From IMG/VR virus record IMGVR_UViG_3300022555_003222, positions 32,001 through 96,000 of that record: a stretch of 64,000 bases of DNA; one strand, written 5' to 3'. The notes under the pieces are model-generated. The model worked only from the letters and a program-made list of their open reading frames with translations. It was not told the origin of the DNA and made no database searches. The translations under genes and the position numbers were made by a program. This document shows positions 1 through 10,356 of the stretch, piece after piece; position 1 is the first letter of the stretch; every line of letters begins with the position of its first letter. Source of the stretch: a virus.

Positions 1-204
1 GAAGTTGATCGATATATTCATCATTCGGACCTACATAGTGTATACAATATCTGTCTTTTACTTTTACGTATTGAGCAAATGGTAATGTCATGCAATCACC
101 TGAAGAAAAACAATGTTTAGAGACATGGGGTGCTTTTTTCGGACAATTTGGAGCACCAGATCCCTATACTAAGATAGTGCTTGAAGTGTTTTTTGAGGAG
201 CTAT

Positions 205-603
205 ATGGGACAAGACATCAAGAAGCTGTATCTATATCTGGCGAGACGGGACAAGAAGGGAGTGGAGATACTGACGATCTTACACGGTCCAGCAGTGCCA
301 CCAACTAGAGTAGCCGATGTAGAACGATTGGGTTTGCCTCGCAACTTAACAGAACAGTTAAAACAATCTATTCACGATGACCGTATGTATTGGGAACCTT
401 GGATAGAAGCCGCTGACTCATATGCAGATTTGGTAGCTACGTTGAAAAACAGGGGTTATTCCAATGTGCCTGTTACTTCATTTGTGAGACATTTCACTAG
501 TTCAGAGAGCACTTCACACAACATACAAGTTTCTAATGTGACTACACATTCCAGTCAAATGTTGTCTCAAAGAATTCCTCAGCGAAAGACAATGCTTAGA
601 TGA
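205..603 (+). CDS. hypothetical phage protein
   Basis: ORF 181..603; in-frame ATG at 205 preceded by GAGGAG. Confidence 0.6.
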   Translation: MGQDIKKLYLYLARRDKKGVEILTILHGPAVPPTRVADVERLGLPRNLTEQLKQSIHDDRMYWEPWIEAADSYADLVATLKNRGYSNVPVTSFVRHFTSSESTSHNIQVSNVTTHSSQMLSQRIPQRKTMLR

Positions 604-604
604 A

Positions 605-910
605 TCATGACTTCTTTACATAACAGCGATGAATGTAAAATGTACCCGTAGATACTTCTACAAGAAAGTGCTTGTTATCTACATCGATAACTGTACCACC
701 CTTTTCAGAAAAATCTTTGACCAAGGTATCCACTTCACCTTCTTCTGCTCTGATTTTTAATAGAAGTCGTTTAGCTGACAATTTTGATTCTATGACTAAT
801 CCCACGCCACTTTTGTGCCAATTGTTGCCTTGATTAAGATTGCTCTTTTCTTGAGAACGCATCCATTTCTTAAAGTTGTCTAGCGAAAGATAATCATCTG
901 AGTTATGCAT
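605..910 (-). CDS. hypothetical protein
   Basis: 101-aa ORF translationally coupled to the upstream gene (TAATG overlap). Confidence 0.65.
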   Translation of the reverse strand: MHNSDDYLSLDNFKKWMRSQEKSNLNQGNNWHKSGVGLVIESKLSAKRLLLKIRAEEGEVDTLVKDFSEKGGTVIDVDNKHFLVEVSTGTFYIHRCYVKKS

Positions 911-1779
911 TATAATTCTTCCTCTTCTGTGAAGAAGGAGTGTATTTCTGTTTCTGAAATATATCTAGCATAATTATACACAATTCCGCTAGAACAGTTT
1001 GCAATTTGTACTCCACTTTTTTCCAACCAATATAAATTACCATCAATGATACGGTGTGAAACACATTGCTGCGGATAGCACCAAAGAGTCTCATTAATGG
1101 GCACGGCTCCTGGTCGCATTCCTTCAAATAAGTTATCACAACATAGAAGTAACAGTCTTTTTACATGGAATTTATAGACTAGGCCAATAGCTGCACAAAT
1201 GGGGTTTCTATAATCATCTATAAAATATTGAGGATCGGTTTTCGGGCCAGCATAATATTCGCTCGGTGAAGGACTATATGTGGCAATATTACCTCTATAT
1301 CCATCTAAAAATTCTGGCTTTGTTCTTAAAGAAGCAATGCATTGTGGATAATAGGAATGCTGTCTTGGAAGATAGTGCAAACATTCAGTGTATGGGTTGT
1401 TCACCACATAACATGACATAATCCTACGAAGTTCGGGTGGGGTATTTTTTTGCATTAGTTTCCACTTAGCTAATGCTCCATTTACACCTATGATAACAAT
1501 ATTGTTTGGTAGGCTAGCCAATAATTTATGTTTGTTTTCAAAGTCGTAGCCATCAGAAACAATAACGGCATCATTGTATTCTAATATCTCTCCATCTATG
1601 CCAATCACATCTCGTTTGCCATTGATTAATTCATTGGACAGAAATGTATGACAATCACCATCTGAAACTAATCGATTAATATCAATAGCTTTGACATATG
1701 GCTTAGTAAAATCTCTTATCCACAATCCGTCTTCGGTTCGCAGATAGTGATTTTTGTTGGCGTGTTTATTGATGATCAT
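910..1779 (-). CDS. MptE/DUF115-like (glycosyltransferase-associated Rossmann) protein
   Basis: AVIVSDG...IIGVNGA and late AIGLVY..HVKRLLLLCCD pattern typical of Maf/DUF115-like proteins; motif partly degenerate. Confidence 0.45.
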   Translation of the reverse strand: MIINKHANKNHYLRTEDGLWIRDFTKPYVKAIDINRLVSDGDCHTFLSNELINGKRDVIGIDGEILEYNDAVIVSDGYDFENKHKLLASLPNNIVIIGVNGALAKWKLMQKNTPPELRRIMSCYVVNNPYTECLHYLPRQHSYYPQCIASLRTKPEFLDGYRGNIATYSPSPSEYYAGPKTDPQYFIDDYRNPICAAIGLVYKFHVKRLLLLCCDNLFEGMRPGAVPINETLWCYPQQCVSHRIIDGNLYWLEKSGVQIANCSSGIVYNYARYISETEIHSFFTEEEEL

Positions 1780-4325
1780 TTTCTACCGCAAGGCACTAGA
1801 GCGAAACAGTTTTCGCCGTTTTCACCTGTTATATTATCCATAGTAAGTTGGATGGGAATTGGGCTTCCTTTATAAACAAGTGGCACTTCTAGATTTTCCG
1901 GCACCATAAGTGGAATATAGCTTGGTAAATTATGTAACAATTCAATAGATTTTGGTACGCCTGTTACTTGAATCGTGGCAGGAATACCCGATGCATCTAA
2001 GAAAATGATCGATGGAAAGTGTGCTGGCACTTCTAACCTAATGGCCAAAGGAACATCGCTGGCATCCAATTTTATTGCTTTTGGAACATTGTCAGCTATT
2101 AATTCAATCGTATTAGGTAGGTTGACATCACTTTTAATTCGAATTTGTGTTGGTAATGGTTTGATCGGACCTTCAATTCTAATTGGTTTATCATGATCGG
2201 CAATTTTAATATCTGGTATTTTGGGTACTCTTAGTTTGATTTCCGTTGGTAAATCATGTACCATTTGCACGTGCGGTAAGTTAACTGGTGCAATGATTTT
2301 AATTTCTGACGGTATTCCAAGATCATTACCCTCAAAACTAGGAGATAACATGTTGTAATTAAAGCTGTCTTCGAATCGTTCATTCAGTATCGGTCCAGTA
2401 AATGGTGATGCTTGAGTGGTGGATGTGGGGCATCTGACAATTACTACGCAGCTTACGAGCGGCGGTGCGGACCATGTAACCACTACGGACGGAGGAGTGT
2501 TCCAGTTTACATCAACGGTAAAACTTGCAGTGGGTGCATTGCCCCAATTCACTGTGATTATTGATGGGATGTTGCAACAGCCAAGTATCGAAATAATCGA
2601 TGGAATCGTACAACCAACTATACTAATTGTAGTTGGTATGTTTTGAATCAATGAAATAATAGATGGCAACACTCCTATCAAACTAATTGTGTGTGGAATA
2701 TCATCTCTTACACTTATGATTGATGGCACTGTGTTTAACACGTTGATGATGGAGGGCAGTGTGCCTACTAAACTGATAATGTGCGGAATATCGTCTCTTA
2801 CACTTATGATTGACGGCACCGTGTTTATTACATCGATAATTGATGGTATAGTGCCCACCAAACTGATTATTGATGGTATGCTGCAACCCACCAAACTAAT
2901 TATTGATGGTATGCTACCCTGTAAACTAATCGTATGAGGTATGTCATCAATTACACTAATGATGGACGGTATGGTGCCAACTAAACTGATAATTGACGGT
3001 ATGGTGCCAACCAAATTAATGGTTGACGGTATTACTCCAATCAAACTAATGGTGGATGGTATGGTGCCTACCAAAGCAATAGTTGATGGTATATTACAAA
3101 CCACACTGATTAATGACGGCAAACAATTGAGCAGAGAGATAACCGATGGAATCGTAGGTTCAATTCTGATTACCGATGGAATACCCACCACACTAATAAT
3201 AGATGGAATGGCCGGAACCAATGAAATAATGCTTGGAATAGCTGGTGATAATTGTATGGAAATTACCGAGGGTATAGCAGGTTGTATTGTAATAATGCTT
3301 GGAACTTGACATCCTACCAATGAAATGTTTGCAAACGATGGTACGATCAATGAGATATTGGCTATACTAGGAACTATTAATTGTATTGTGCTTGGAACAA
3401 TTGTGATAACGCTAGGGATGTTTATGTATATTGAAATATACGGCATGCTGGGTATGTTGATATACACACTTGGGAAAGTAATGCTGGGTATATCAAGACA
3501 TGGAAATACAAATTGTGGTAATGTAAAATCTGTAGATACATTACAGTTTGCACAAGACAGTCTTGGAATTTCTGGAGTATCGCAAATAGGAATTTCAAAT
3601 GGCGGAGGAATTTCAGTTGGCGGAGGAGTTGTAGGTACTGTTCTTTCCGAAGGAGTGACTACCACCGTGCAACTATTATTGCTTACTGTAACTACCGGAT
3701 CGGGACTGGTATTAGGTGGATACGTATGACTGCCAATTAAATCGGCTGTAGTTGTACCATCTCCAAAGTCTAAAATAAAACTGTTAAACGTTCCTGTGAC
3801 AATAATTTCATATTGAATAGTCACGCCCTTTAGAGAATCTTCAGTGGTGACAATATCAAAGGATACTATTGCGCATCGATGGTCATCTGGAATGTCTGGT
3901 TCTGTTTCTAATTCTGAAAGAACCACCGCTTCTTCTAAAATATAATCTTGAGTTAATGTAATAGCATCCACTAATTGATTGTGATGTTCGGCAATGATGA
4001 ATCCTCGCACCCAAGTTTTAGCCGAATTAAATTTAGTTTGTTCTCCTCCTATGTTTCTTGCACACCTTTTTAGACGATAAACCTTTCCATCAGAATTTTT
4101 ATCTACGGCATCATAATAAAGCATTTCGCCTTCAATTGTAGCAAAGCCGTTGTCTGGCCATATTTCCGGCTCATCAGCGTTTACAGGAGTGATTTCCAAT
4201 TCTTGGGACCAAGCATTGTTATCACTGGCTAGTCGAGATTCCGTAGTATTATACACTAGAAACAGATTGCGATCTGAGTCAATTGCCCAGGGGTAAACTG
4301 GTTGTGGGGGGAATCCTATTGCCAT
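1776..4325 (-). CDS. virion protein: shared N-terminal HHN domain, PKD-like domain, long IPS(I/T)ISL repeat region
   Basis: 849 aa; AEHHNQLVDA motif; DFGDGT..HTY PKD signature; dozens of ~10-11-aa IPSIISLVG repeats. Confidence 0.65.
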   Translation of the reverse strand: MAIGFPPQPVYPWAIDSDRNLFLVYNTTESRLASDNNAWSQELEITPVNADEPEIWPDNGFATIEGEMLYYDAVDKNSDGKVYRLKRCARNIGGEQTKFNSAKTWVRGFIIAEHHNQLVDAITLTQDYILEEAVVLSELETEPDIPDDHRCAIVSFDIVTTEDSLKGVTIQYEIIVTGTFNSFILDFGDGTTTADLIGSHTYPPNTSPDPVVTVSNNSCTVVVTPSERTVPTTPPPTEIPPPFEIPICDTPEIPRLSCANCNVSTDFTLPQFVFPCLDIPSITFPSVYINIPSMPYISIYINIPSVITIVPSTIQLIVPSIANISLIVPSFANISLVGCQVPSIITIQPAIPSVISIQLSPAIPSIISLVPAIPSIISVVGIPSVIRIEPTIPSVISLLNCLPSLISVVCNIPSTIALVGTIPSTISLIGVIPSTINLVGTIPSIISLVGTIPSIISVIDDIPHTISLQGSIPSIISLVGCSIPSIISLVGTIPSIIDVINTVPSIISVRDDIPHIISLVGTLPSIINVLNTVPSIISVRDDIPHTISLIGVLPSIISLIQNIPTTISIVGCTIPSIISILGCCNIPSIITVNWGNAPTASFTVDVNWNTPPSVVVTWSAPPLVSCVVIVRCPTSTTQASPFTGPILNERFEDSFNYNMLSPSFEGNDLGIPSEIKIIAPVNLPHVQMVHDLPTEIKLRVPKIPDIKIADHDKPIRIEGPIKPLPTQIRIKSDVNLPNTIELIADNVPKAIKLDASDVPLAIRLEVPAHFPSIIFLDASGIPATIQVTGVPKSIELLHNLPSYIPLMVPENLEVPLVYKGSPIPIQLTMDNITGENGENCFALVPCGRK
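2560..3480 (-). repeat. intragenic tandem repeats encoding IPS(I/T)ISL(V/I)G(T/C) units
   Basis: Visible in both the translation and the DNA (tgatggtatg/tgacggtatg...aaactaat recurrences, ~30-33 bp period). Confidence 0.85.
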
Positions 4326-4361
4326 TTTTTCCTTATGCGTTACAAATGGGTTGCCAGTATA

Positions 4362-6638
4362 TCAATATATACCCATGACGAACTGATCTCCGGTGGGTCT
4401 GCTAACCATACTACTGAATGTTAAATTTTGACCATTGAATTTAATAAATGCATTGACACTGTAATCAAAGCTTAAATATGCTACATATCCTCCATCTGAA
4501 GCTGCAAGTAAAGTGTTAGCCGCACTATCAAATCCTACTACTGATGTATCTTGTACAGATCGATAGGCCACACTACTTAAAGATGGACCCCCTGTTTCCC
4601 AAACACCAGTTGTATCATTATATGCTGATATACTGCCCGAATTATTAAAGAAAAATACGCCATTATACAATGGCACTAACTGACCCTCAACCTTAGCAGA
4701 TCCAGCCATATCTGGCATTTTAGTAATAGACACCAATTCATCGCCTATCACGCTATTGGTTTTATAGAAATTATTTAACTGAAAATATGGATCAACTGCG
4801 CCATTTCTAATAAAATATCCAGAACCGCCCTTCCAGCATCCTCTGTATACAGCAAAATAACCATTTAGCGGCACTGTACCCAATCCATAATCAGATATGT
4901 GTTCCATGAGATCATCCGCCCCATTGATATATGTTTGATCACTATCTGTAGTATAGGTAACAGATGATTTAGGTAATACTCCAAAGTTTTGATCGGAAGG
5001 ATTATGACCAGCAGGAATAGAACCAGTAGGCATAGACCCAAACAAAAAGTAACTGATAGTTGATGAATTAAGGCAAAGCCAATTCCAATATTTAGTAGGG
5101 AAGGATACTGGCGATGTATAAGAATCTGTAAATCCTATATATTCAGCAATTCCTATTGATTGAGAACTAGCAGGATTGTTGCCGCCTTGCGACCAATACA
5201 TTCTCATTAATCCTGATTGTCCTGAAGATGTGGTTGTTTTGGGAGTCACAGCCACATTTCTGTTAAATTCTCTCTTGGCTTGAGTTTCATTATTGCTACC
5301 TGTTAAGAAACTATCATCTTGTGTAACAGCTAGTGTTCCCGGTTGTATTTTGAACGTTTCGCTAATTAAACCAAATTCATGTGCTCTTTTTGTTACGGAC
5401 GTGGATTTTGTCCATAACCACAAGTTTACATCTTCTACGATATCTATGGCATTTTGATAATGCGTAATTCTGAATGCTCCAAATTCAGTATTGGTCCGCA
5501 ATTTGATGTCATATAATCCACCAATACTATACATGGCTTTGGTGACGGAGGATTGTGAATGAGTAAGATCATCTCCCAAAGACCACACGTATTCAAGAAT
5601 CGGATCATAGGGCGTATCTGAACCATCTAACAGTTCTCCGCCATAGGATTGTGAGGGGCTCGATCCGGGTATTTTTCCAGATGGTACTTCTAATGTAATT
5701 ACTGTATTGATCGGGCTTCGTATAACAGGAATGGTGCTAATGGCTGGAACCACACCAATAATACTAATTATAGCTTCCCGTGGAGCTTCCAATCTCGGGT
5801 TAACCATATCAGTAAATATCACGCTCGCTACACCATAAGCATTTTGCACTGTTAATCCTATGTCACATTTCCCTGCATCATCATAAGTTTTTACATAAGT
5901 CTTTTTAACATAGGTTTCTGGAGATTCTATAAAATCGTATACGTTAAGGATATTCACTCCCGCAGCTACCGATATTACGCTAATGGTGGGATCAGTAATA
6001 GATATGGTTTGTATTACCGATGCCACTGATACATTTGTGTCTCCAAAATTCCACGTAAACAAAACCTCTCCTGTACCCAATCGCATACACTCGTCTTTGA
6101 ATTGAAAGTCTATGGGCACCAATCCAACAGTTGATCCCATAATTCTAAACCATGCTTTAGGCGTAAACACTAGTTTTGTTAGAAAATTAAGACGACCTGT
6201 TATTGTATCTCCAAAAGGTACAGTATCAATTTTGCCGCTTACTCCCATAAAAGTCTCAATAGCTATCAGGGCATCTTTAAGAGAATTATGGTGCTGCGCT
6301 ATTACATTAAGAGTCACATGGGTTATGTTTTTAGATTTTGCATAATCTTTTTGAGAAAATTCTGGAAGTATTATAAGTCCATCAAACGAATAATCTGTTT
6401 TGCTACTGTAAAAGAAACTTAGTGCTCGTAAATTAACATCACTACACTGCTCTGTCAGAGTGATAATTCCAGTGGATGGAAACTTACTCATCATCCCAAC
6501 CTCTCCCGTAACATAAATGCTGGTTTGACCCGGAAGATAGTCTTCTGCCAATGTGACTCGTAAAGCATCATGAACCGCATAGAGATTGGTGTCTGAATCT
6601 AAAACTGCGGGATAAGTGCTGGCTATTGGAATGGTCAT
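4362..6638 (-). CDS. virion structural protein with HHN N-terminal domain and PKD-like folds
   Basis: AQHHNSLKDAL; WNFGD and WSLGDD PKD-like strands; start at MTIPIA after AAGGA. Confidence 0.65.
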   Translation of the reverse strand: MTIPIASTYPAVLDSDTNLYAVHDALRVTLAEDYLPGQTSIYVTGEVGMMSKFPSTGIITLTEQCSDVNLRALSFFYSSKTDYSFDGLIILPEFSQKDYAKSKNITHVTLNVIAQHHNSLKDALIAIETFMGVSGKIDTVPFGDTITGRLNFLTKLVFTPKAWFRIMGSTVGLVPIDFQFKDECMRLGTGEVLFTWNFGDTNVSVASVIQTISITDPTISVISVAAGVNILNVYDFIESPETYVKKTYVKTYDDAGKCDIGLTVQNAYGVASVIFTDMVNPRLEAPREAIISIIGVVPAISTIPVIRSPINTVITLEVPSGKIPGSSPSQSYGGELLDGSDTPYDPILEYVWSLGDDLTHSQSSVTKAMYSIGGLYDIKLRTNTEFGAFRITHYQNAIDIVEDVNLWLWTKSTSVTKRAHEFGLISETFKIQPGTLAVTQDDSFLTGSNNETQAKREFNRNVAVTPKTTTSSGQSGLMRMYWSQGGNNPASSQSIGIAEYIGFTDSYTSPVSFPTKYWNWLCLNSSTISYFLFGSMPTGSIPAGHNPSDQNFGVLPKSSVTYTTDSDQTYINGADDLMEHISDYGLGTVPLNGYFAVYRGCWKGGSGYFIRNGAVDPYFQLNNFYKTNSVIGDELVSITKMPDMAGSAKVEGQLVPLYNGVFFFNNSGSISAYNDTTGVWETGGPSLSSVAYRSVQDTSVVGFDSAANTLLAASDGGYVAYLSFDYSVNAFIKFNGQNLTFSSMVSRPTGDQFVMGIY

Positions 6639-6648
6639 TGGGTTTCCT

Positions 6649-7710
6649 TTATAAAATTTCAAGAGATTTGTCGGGAGACAAGAACGATCTTTGTGTACTC
6701 TGATCTGCAAATACCAAAATCAATGTGGGAGCATACGTTCCCGGAGATGCATATGTATGCGTGGTTACATGTACGTCAGGATCTAAATCATTATCTTTAT
6801 CTCCATCTGCGAATATCCAATACCTTTCAGTAATGTTTCCATCTGTTTGATCTACAAATTGGAATTCTGTAGCTTCACATAATGGATCTACGGTGATTCT
6901 TCGCTCTGCGGCTGTTTCCTCTGAATACCACGGGCCAGTTGTGCTGGCGTTAATTGGCACAATGTAGAAAAATGGTGTAATAATATTTTCAGAAACCGTA
7001 ATATAATTATCTTTAGTGGCTGATCCTTGCCCTCCAGTAGAGGTAATAATGTTTAAGCTAACACTAAACACGCCCTCAGTAGCGTATGTGTGAATAGGAT
7101 TGGGATCGGTGTCTACTCCACCATCGCCAAAATCCCAAAAAGTACGCAAGACATCACCATCAGAAAAGCTTTGAAATCTTACTGTTAATGGTGGTTTGCC
7201 TTGTCTGGGATAAGCAAGAAACGCCGCTCTCGGTGTCAAAAATCTTACTTCTTGATTATGCAAATTATCATTAAATGACCCAATGGCAGGATTGCTTCTT
7301 GTGCCAAGATAAGTTTCCATATTCAATAGGGCATCTTTAACAGCATTGTGATGTTCTGCCATGACAGCATTGCTAACATAAGCATTAGATGCCCACTGCG
7401 TTTGAACCGAACCCGCAAATCCCCTCAATAGACTAGAAAACGTTGTCTCGGTACGGCTGCCATAATAAATCAATTCAGCATTTCCAGCTTCTCCGGGTTT
7501 GGGTCCAATTCGTAATAAGCCTTTTGGAGGAAAAGCAGATGCGTCTTCGACTGCGATTCTAGTGGCGGAAAATGGCAATCCTCTTGCCAATGTGGTTTCT
7601 GCTTTATTTCTTACTTCATAAAGAGATTCACGATCATCAACAGCATTGGGGAATACTGATATGTCACCGGACACGTATCCTGAATCCAAACTTGATATTC
7701 TATCGGCCAT
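6649..7710 (-). CDS. PKD-domain virion protein
   Basis: AEHHNAVKDAL; FWDFGDGG..NPIHTY..EGVFSVSL and a second PKD-like unit. Confidence 0.75.
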   Translation of the reverse strand: MADRISSLDSGYVSGDISVFPNAVDDRESLYEVRNKAETTLARGLPFSATRIAVEDASAFPPKGLLRIGPKPGEAGNAELIYYGSRTETTFSSLLRGFAGSVQTQWASNAYVSNAVMAEHHNAVKDALLNMETYLGTRSNPAIGSFNDNLHNQEVRFLTPRAAFLAYPRQGKPPLTVRFQSFSDGDVLRTFWDFGDGGVDTDPNPIHTYATEGVFSVSLNIITSTGGQGSATKDNYITVSENIITPFFYIVPINASTTGPWYSEETAAERRITVDPLCEATEFQFVDQTDGNITERYWIFADGDKDNDLDPDVHVTTHTYASPGTYAPTLILVFADQSTQRSFLSPDKSLEIL

Positions 7711-8392
7711 GTTCCTCCAGTGATTCGTTATATAGTTGCATTTTTTCTGGTATCTGATGCTTTACAGCTAACATCAATTGTTGTTTTTGAGCTTCCAACA
7801 TATCTAGTATTTCTTTTTTGATTGGCACATCATCTTTTATAGACAAAATCGTCTTAACCAACTCTAGTTCAAGCGGTTGATTCAAAAGTGTCCTAAGATA
7901 CACTTCTTGGGTAAGCTTCTCATTCCAATAGGCGGTTTGCGAAGGCAGGTCGTCATAAGGCTTTAACTCTTCTTCTGCTGATATTGCATTAAAAGCTTGC
8001 GCAAAAAAACTTGCTTCTTCCCTGGCATCTTTCAATTTATTGTTGATTTCAACGACTGATTGTTCAATAGACTGCTTTTGCCGTTCTTTTTTTCTCAAAT
8101 GAAGGGCTCGTTCTCTAGTATTTAGCTCATTACTATCCAATTCTATTGATTGGATTCGTTCCATTTCAATGTTCATCAACTCTATGTCGTCTGCTAAATC
8201 TTCTAGTTTAGATTGCATAGCCATAATTGATTGTTGGCGAGCCCGAAGCTCTCGAATACAACACCACATTTTACTTTGACGAGTATACTCTTTACCTACT
8301 ACAAAATATTTAAGTTGAAAATAGCTGTGTCTATTAACAATCTCCCTATCCAAAATGTGTGCTATTTGGGTATCCAAGGTTTCACTTGACAT
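7700..8392 (-). CDS. coiled-coil hypothetical protein
   Basis: 230 aa, heptad-rich central region, inside the operon. Confidence 0.65.
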   Translation of the reverse strand: MSSETLDTQIAHILDREIVNRHSYFQLKYFVVGKEYTRQSKMWCCIRELRARQQSIMAMQSKLEDLADDIELMNIEMERIQSIELDSNELNTRERALHLRKKERQKQSIEQSVVEINNKLKDAREEASFFAQAFNAISAEEELKPYDDLPSQTAYWNEKLTQEVYLRTLLNQPLELELVKTILSIKDDVPIKKEILDMLEAQKQQLMLAVKHQIPEKMQLYNESLEEHGR

Positions 8393-8447
8393 CGTGCGTC
8401 CTTTTTGTTAAAGTCTATATGATTATTAAAGTACGAGGTGTATAAAT

Positions 8448-8960
8448 ATGAGCTATTTGAATGGAAAACATTGTTATTTGGGGGGACCGATTGAGAACGA
8501 TTCCGGTCCCGATTGGCGTCCTGCTATCAAAGAAGTGCTGCTAAATCGATTTGGAATTGAGGTTTTTGATCCTGCTTGCGATCCCAAACAGCAATTTGTG
8601 CCTGAAATGTTGGCTGCAAGAAACGCTTGTGATTTCAAAACCATGCGAAAGCATGCAAAGCAATTTGTTCGTAAAGACCTATGCGTTGTTGATAGGTCCG
8701 ATTTCATTATTACACGACTTCCGAAGGGCGTTCCCACAACTGGCAGCATCCATGAAATTATTGACGCCAATGATCGTAAAAAGCCTGTTTTATTGGTGTG
8801 TCCAGAAGGCAAACAACATCTGCCGTTCTGGCTATATGGATTTGTACGGCTCAAATACATGTTTGGTTCATTTGATGAATTATATGCGTATTTGGATAAA
8901 GTACATCATGGCAAGTGTAAAAAAGATGATCGTTGGGCATTTGTATACGGACTAATCTAA
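8448..8960 (+). CDS. nucleoside 2-deoxyribosyltransferase-like protein
   Basis: YLGGPI..WR..FDP..DL..VDRSD..GSIHE..KPV family pattern. Confidence 0.7.
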   Translation: MSYLNGKHCYLGGPIENDSGPDWRPAIKEVLLNRFGIEVFDPACDPKQQFVPEMLAARNACDFKTMRKHAKQFVRKDLCVVDRSDFIITRLPKGVPTTGSIHEIIDANDRKKPVLLVCPEGKQHLPFWLYGFVRLKYMFGSFDELYAYLDKVHHGKCKKDDRWAFVYGLI

Positions 8961-9514
8961 ATCATTTTTGCGCCCAGAATTCCTTTGAATTTACAGCCTT
9001 TTTTATTAGCATCTAATGCCCACAATAACTTTTCTATTTCTAATGGGTTATCTCCAAAATTGCCCACTAGCTTAAACGCTTTTTGATGAATAAAAATGCC
9101 ATTAAGAGGAGCCTCGTCAAAAGATATGTGGAGTTTAATTGGTTTGCCGTCTCGGTCATAATCTACGACGATGGGGTAGAGTATGTCTAAATCATTTTCA
9201 ATAAATCTAGAATATTTCCATTCCATTCCTCGTCGAACAATTGTGCCTTCTACGATAATCAAATTCCATTCTTTATGACCTTTAGCCATTCCTTTGTTGA
9301 TTAAGGAGGTAAATGTAGTGCCGCCTCTAAAGGTAGGGCATATTTCATTCATCTCCTTCAAATCTTCCGTTGTGGCATCTTTACCAGTGGCACAGACGCA
9401 GGGAATGTTCAAATAGCGATTCCTAATTGAATTCATTGTTGATTTCAATCTTCCGACATCATGATCTGGAGAAAGAATCACGAACCCGAAGTTCATGGGT
9501 TTAGTTTGATACAT
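8957..9514 (-). CDS. degenerate GT-A fold (GT2-like) protein
   Basis: FVILS...LKSTMNSI, LINKG...EWNLIIVEG, F.LVGNF pattern; no intact DXD. Confidence 0.4.
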   Translation of the reverse strand: MYQTKPMNFGFVILSPDHDVGRLKSTMNSIRNRYLNIPCVCATGKDATTEDLKEMNEICPTFRGGTTFTSLINKGMAKGHKEWNLIIVEGTIVRRGMEWKYSRFIENDLDILYPIVVDYDRDGKPIKLHISFDEAPLNGIFIHQKAFKLVGNFGDNPLEIEKLLWALDANKKGCKFKGILGAKMI

Positions 9515-9525
9515 TTATTGTTCTC

Positions 9526-10356
9526 TTAACTTGCTGCAATATCGTAATCGATTCTAATTCTATCATTAGCCGAAAGCACTCTAGAAAATTGAAATTGGTT
9601 GGTGCTAGAACCGCTGGCATAACTAAATGCTGTGAGTTGCCAAGTGCCAATGCCATTATAAGGCGGGACATAAACATAAGTGCCTTTATCTGCTTCGCTA
9701 ATTTTGACACCATTCACGTAAACCTTTAGGGAGGTATCTAAGAAGGTGCCTCGTCCTGTGACATATGTTTGATAATCTGGACTAATAATACTATACGGAG
9801 TGGGATTTTCATCATAGATGTGAATATGTGCTAATTCCGGTGGGAAATTCATGTGAGCTTGCACTGTTTGATTACCTGTCGTGCCGCCCAACAACCACTG
9901 TACCGTAGAGGATGGTTCTATATTAATAGTTCCATTGTCACATATAATGCTTGTTGTAGAAATGGTGGAAATATAAGGACCAGTTGTAAAACGAAATTGT
10001 ATAAAATTGGCATCAGGTGCTATGGTGCTTAGCTTGGTACGCTCATCATATAACATACGAATATAAGAGATGCCGCCACCATCCACCCCATCATTATGCA
10101 AAGCAATGTTGTGTAATGCGGCATCTATTGATCCAGGCTGAAACGTCCCATCCTCTTGAAGAGAAATGTCTAAACGATTATCGAGTGTGTTCCAACTGCC
10201 TCTTGCGGCAGATAATTCTGATGTATTAGTATCTGTGGCATCATTGACAAGTTCTAGTTTGGAGAACAAGGATGCCAATGGTCGATTATCTACACTAACA
10301 TGATATGGATCTAATGCAGAATATTGAACGTCACTTAGGTTACCGATGTCTGGCAT
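9526..10356 (-). CDS. virion structural protein (tail/fibre associated)
   Basis: 276 aa, C-terminal SLKVYVNGVK...DRIRIDY beta domain common in jumbo-phage virion proteins; AAGGAG RBS. Confidence 0.55.
   Translation of the reverse strand: MPDIGNLSDVQYSALDPYHVSVDNRPLASLFSKLELVNDATDTNTSELSAARGSWNTLDNRLDISLQEDGTFQPGSIDAALHNIALHNDGVDGGGISYIRMLYDERTKLSTIAPDANFIQFRFTTGPYISTISTTSIICDNGTINIEPSSTVQWLLGGTTGNQTVQAHMNFPPELAHIHIYDENPTPYSIISPDYQTYVTGRGTFLDTSLKVYVNGVKISEADKGTYVYVPPYNGIGTWQLTAFSYASGSSTNQFQFSRVLSANDRIRIDYDIAAS

Noticed and set aside
2416-3729. Several plus-strand ORFs with IDG/TKL repeats
   Set aside because: Reverse-frame reflections of the IPSIISL repeats of gene 1776..4325.
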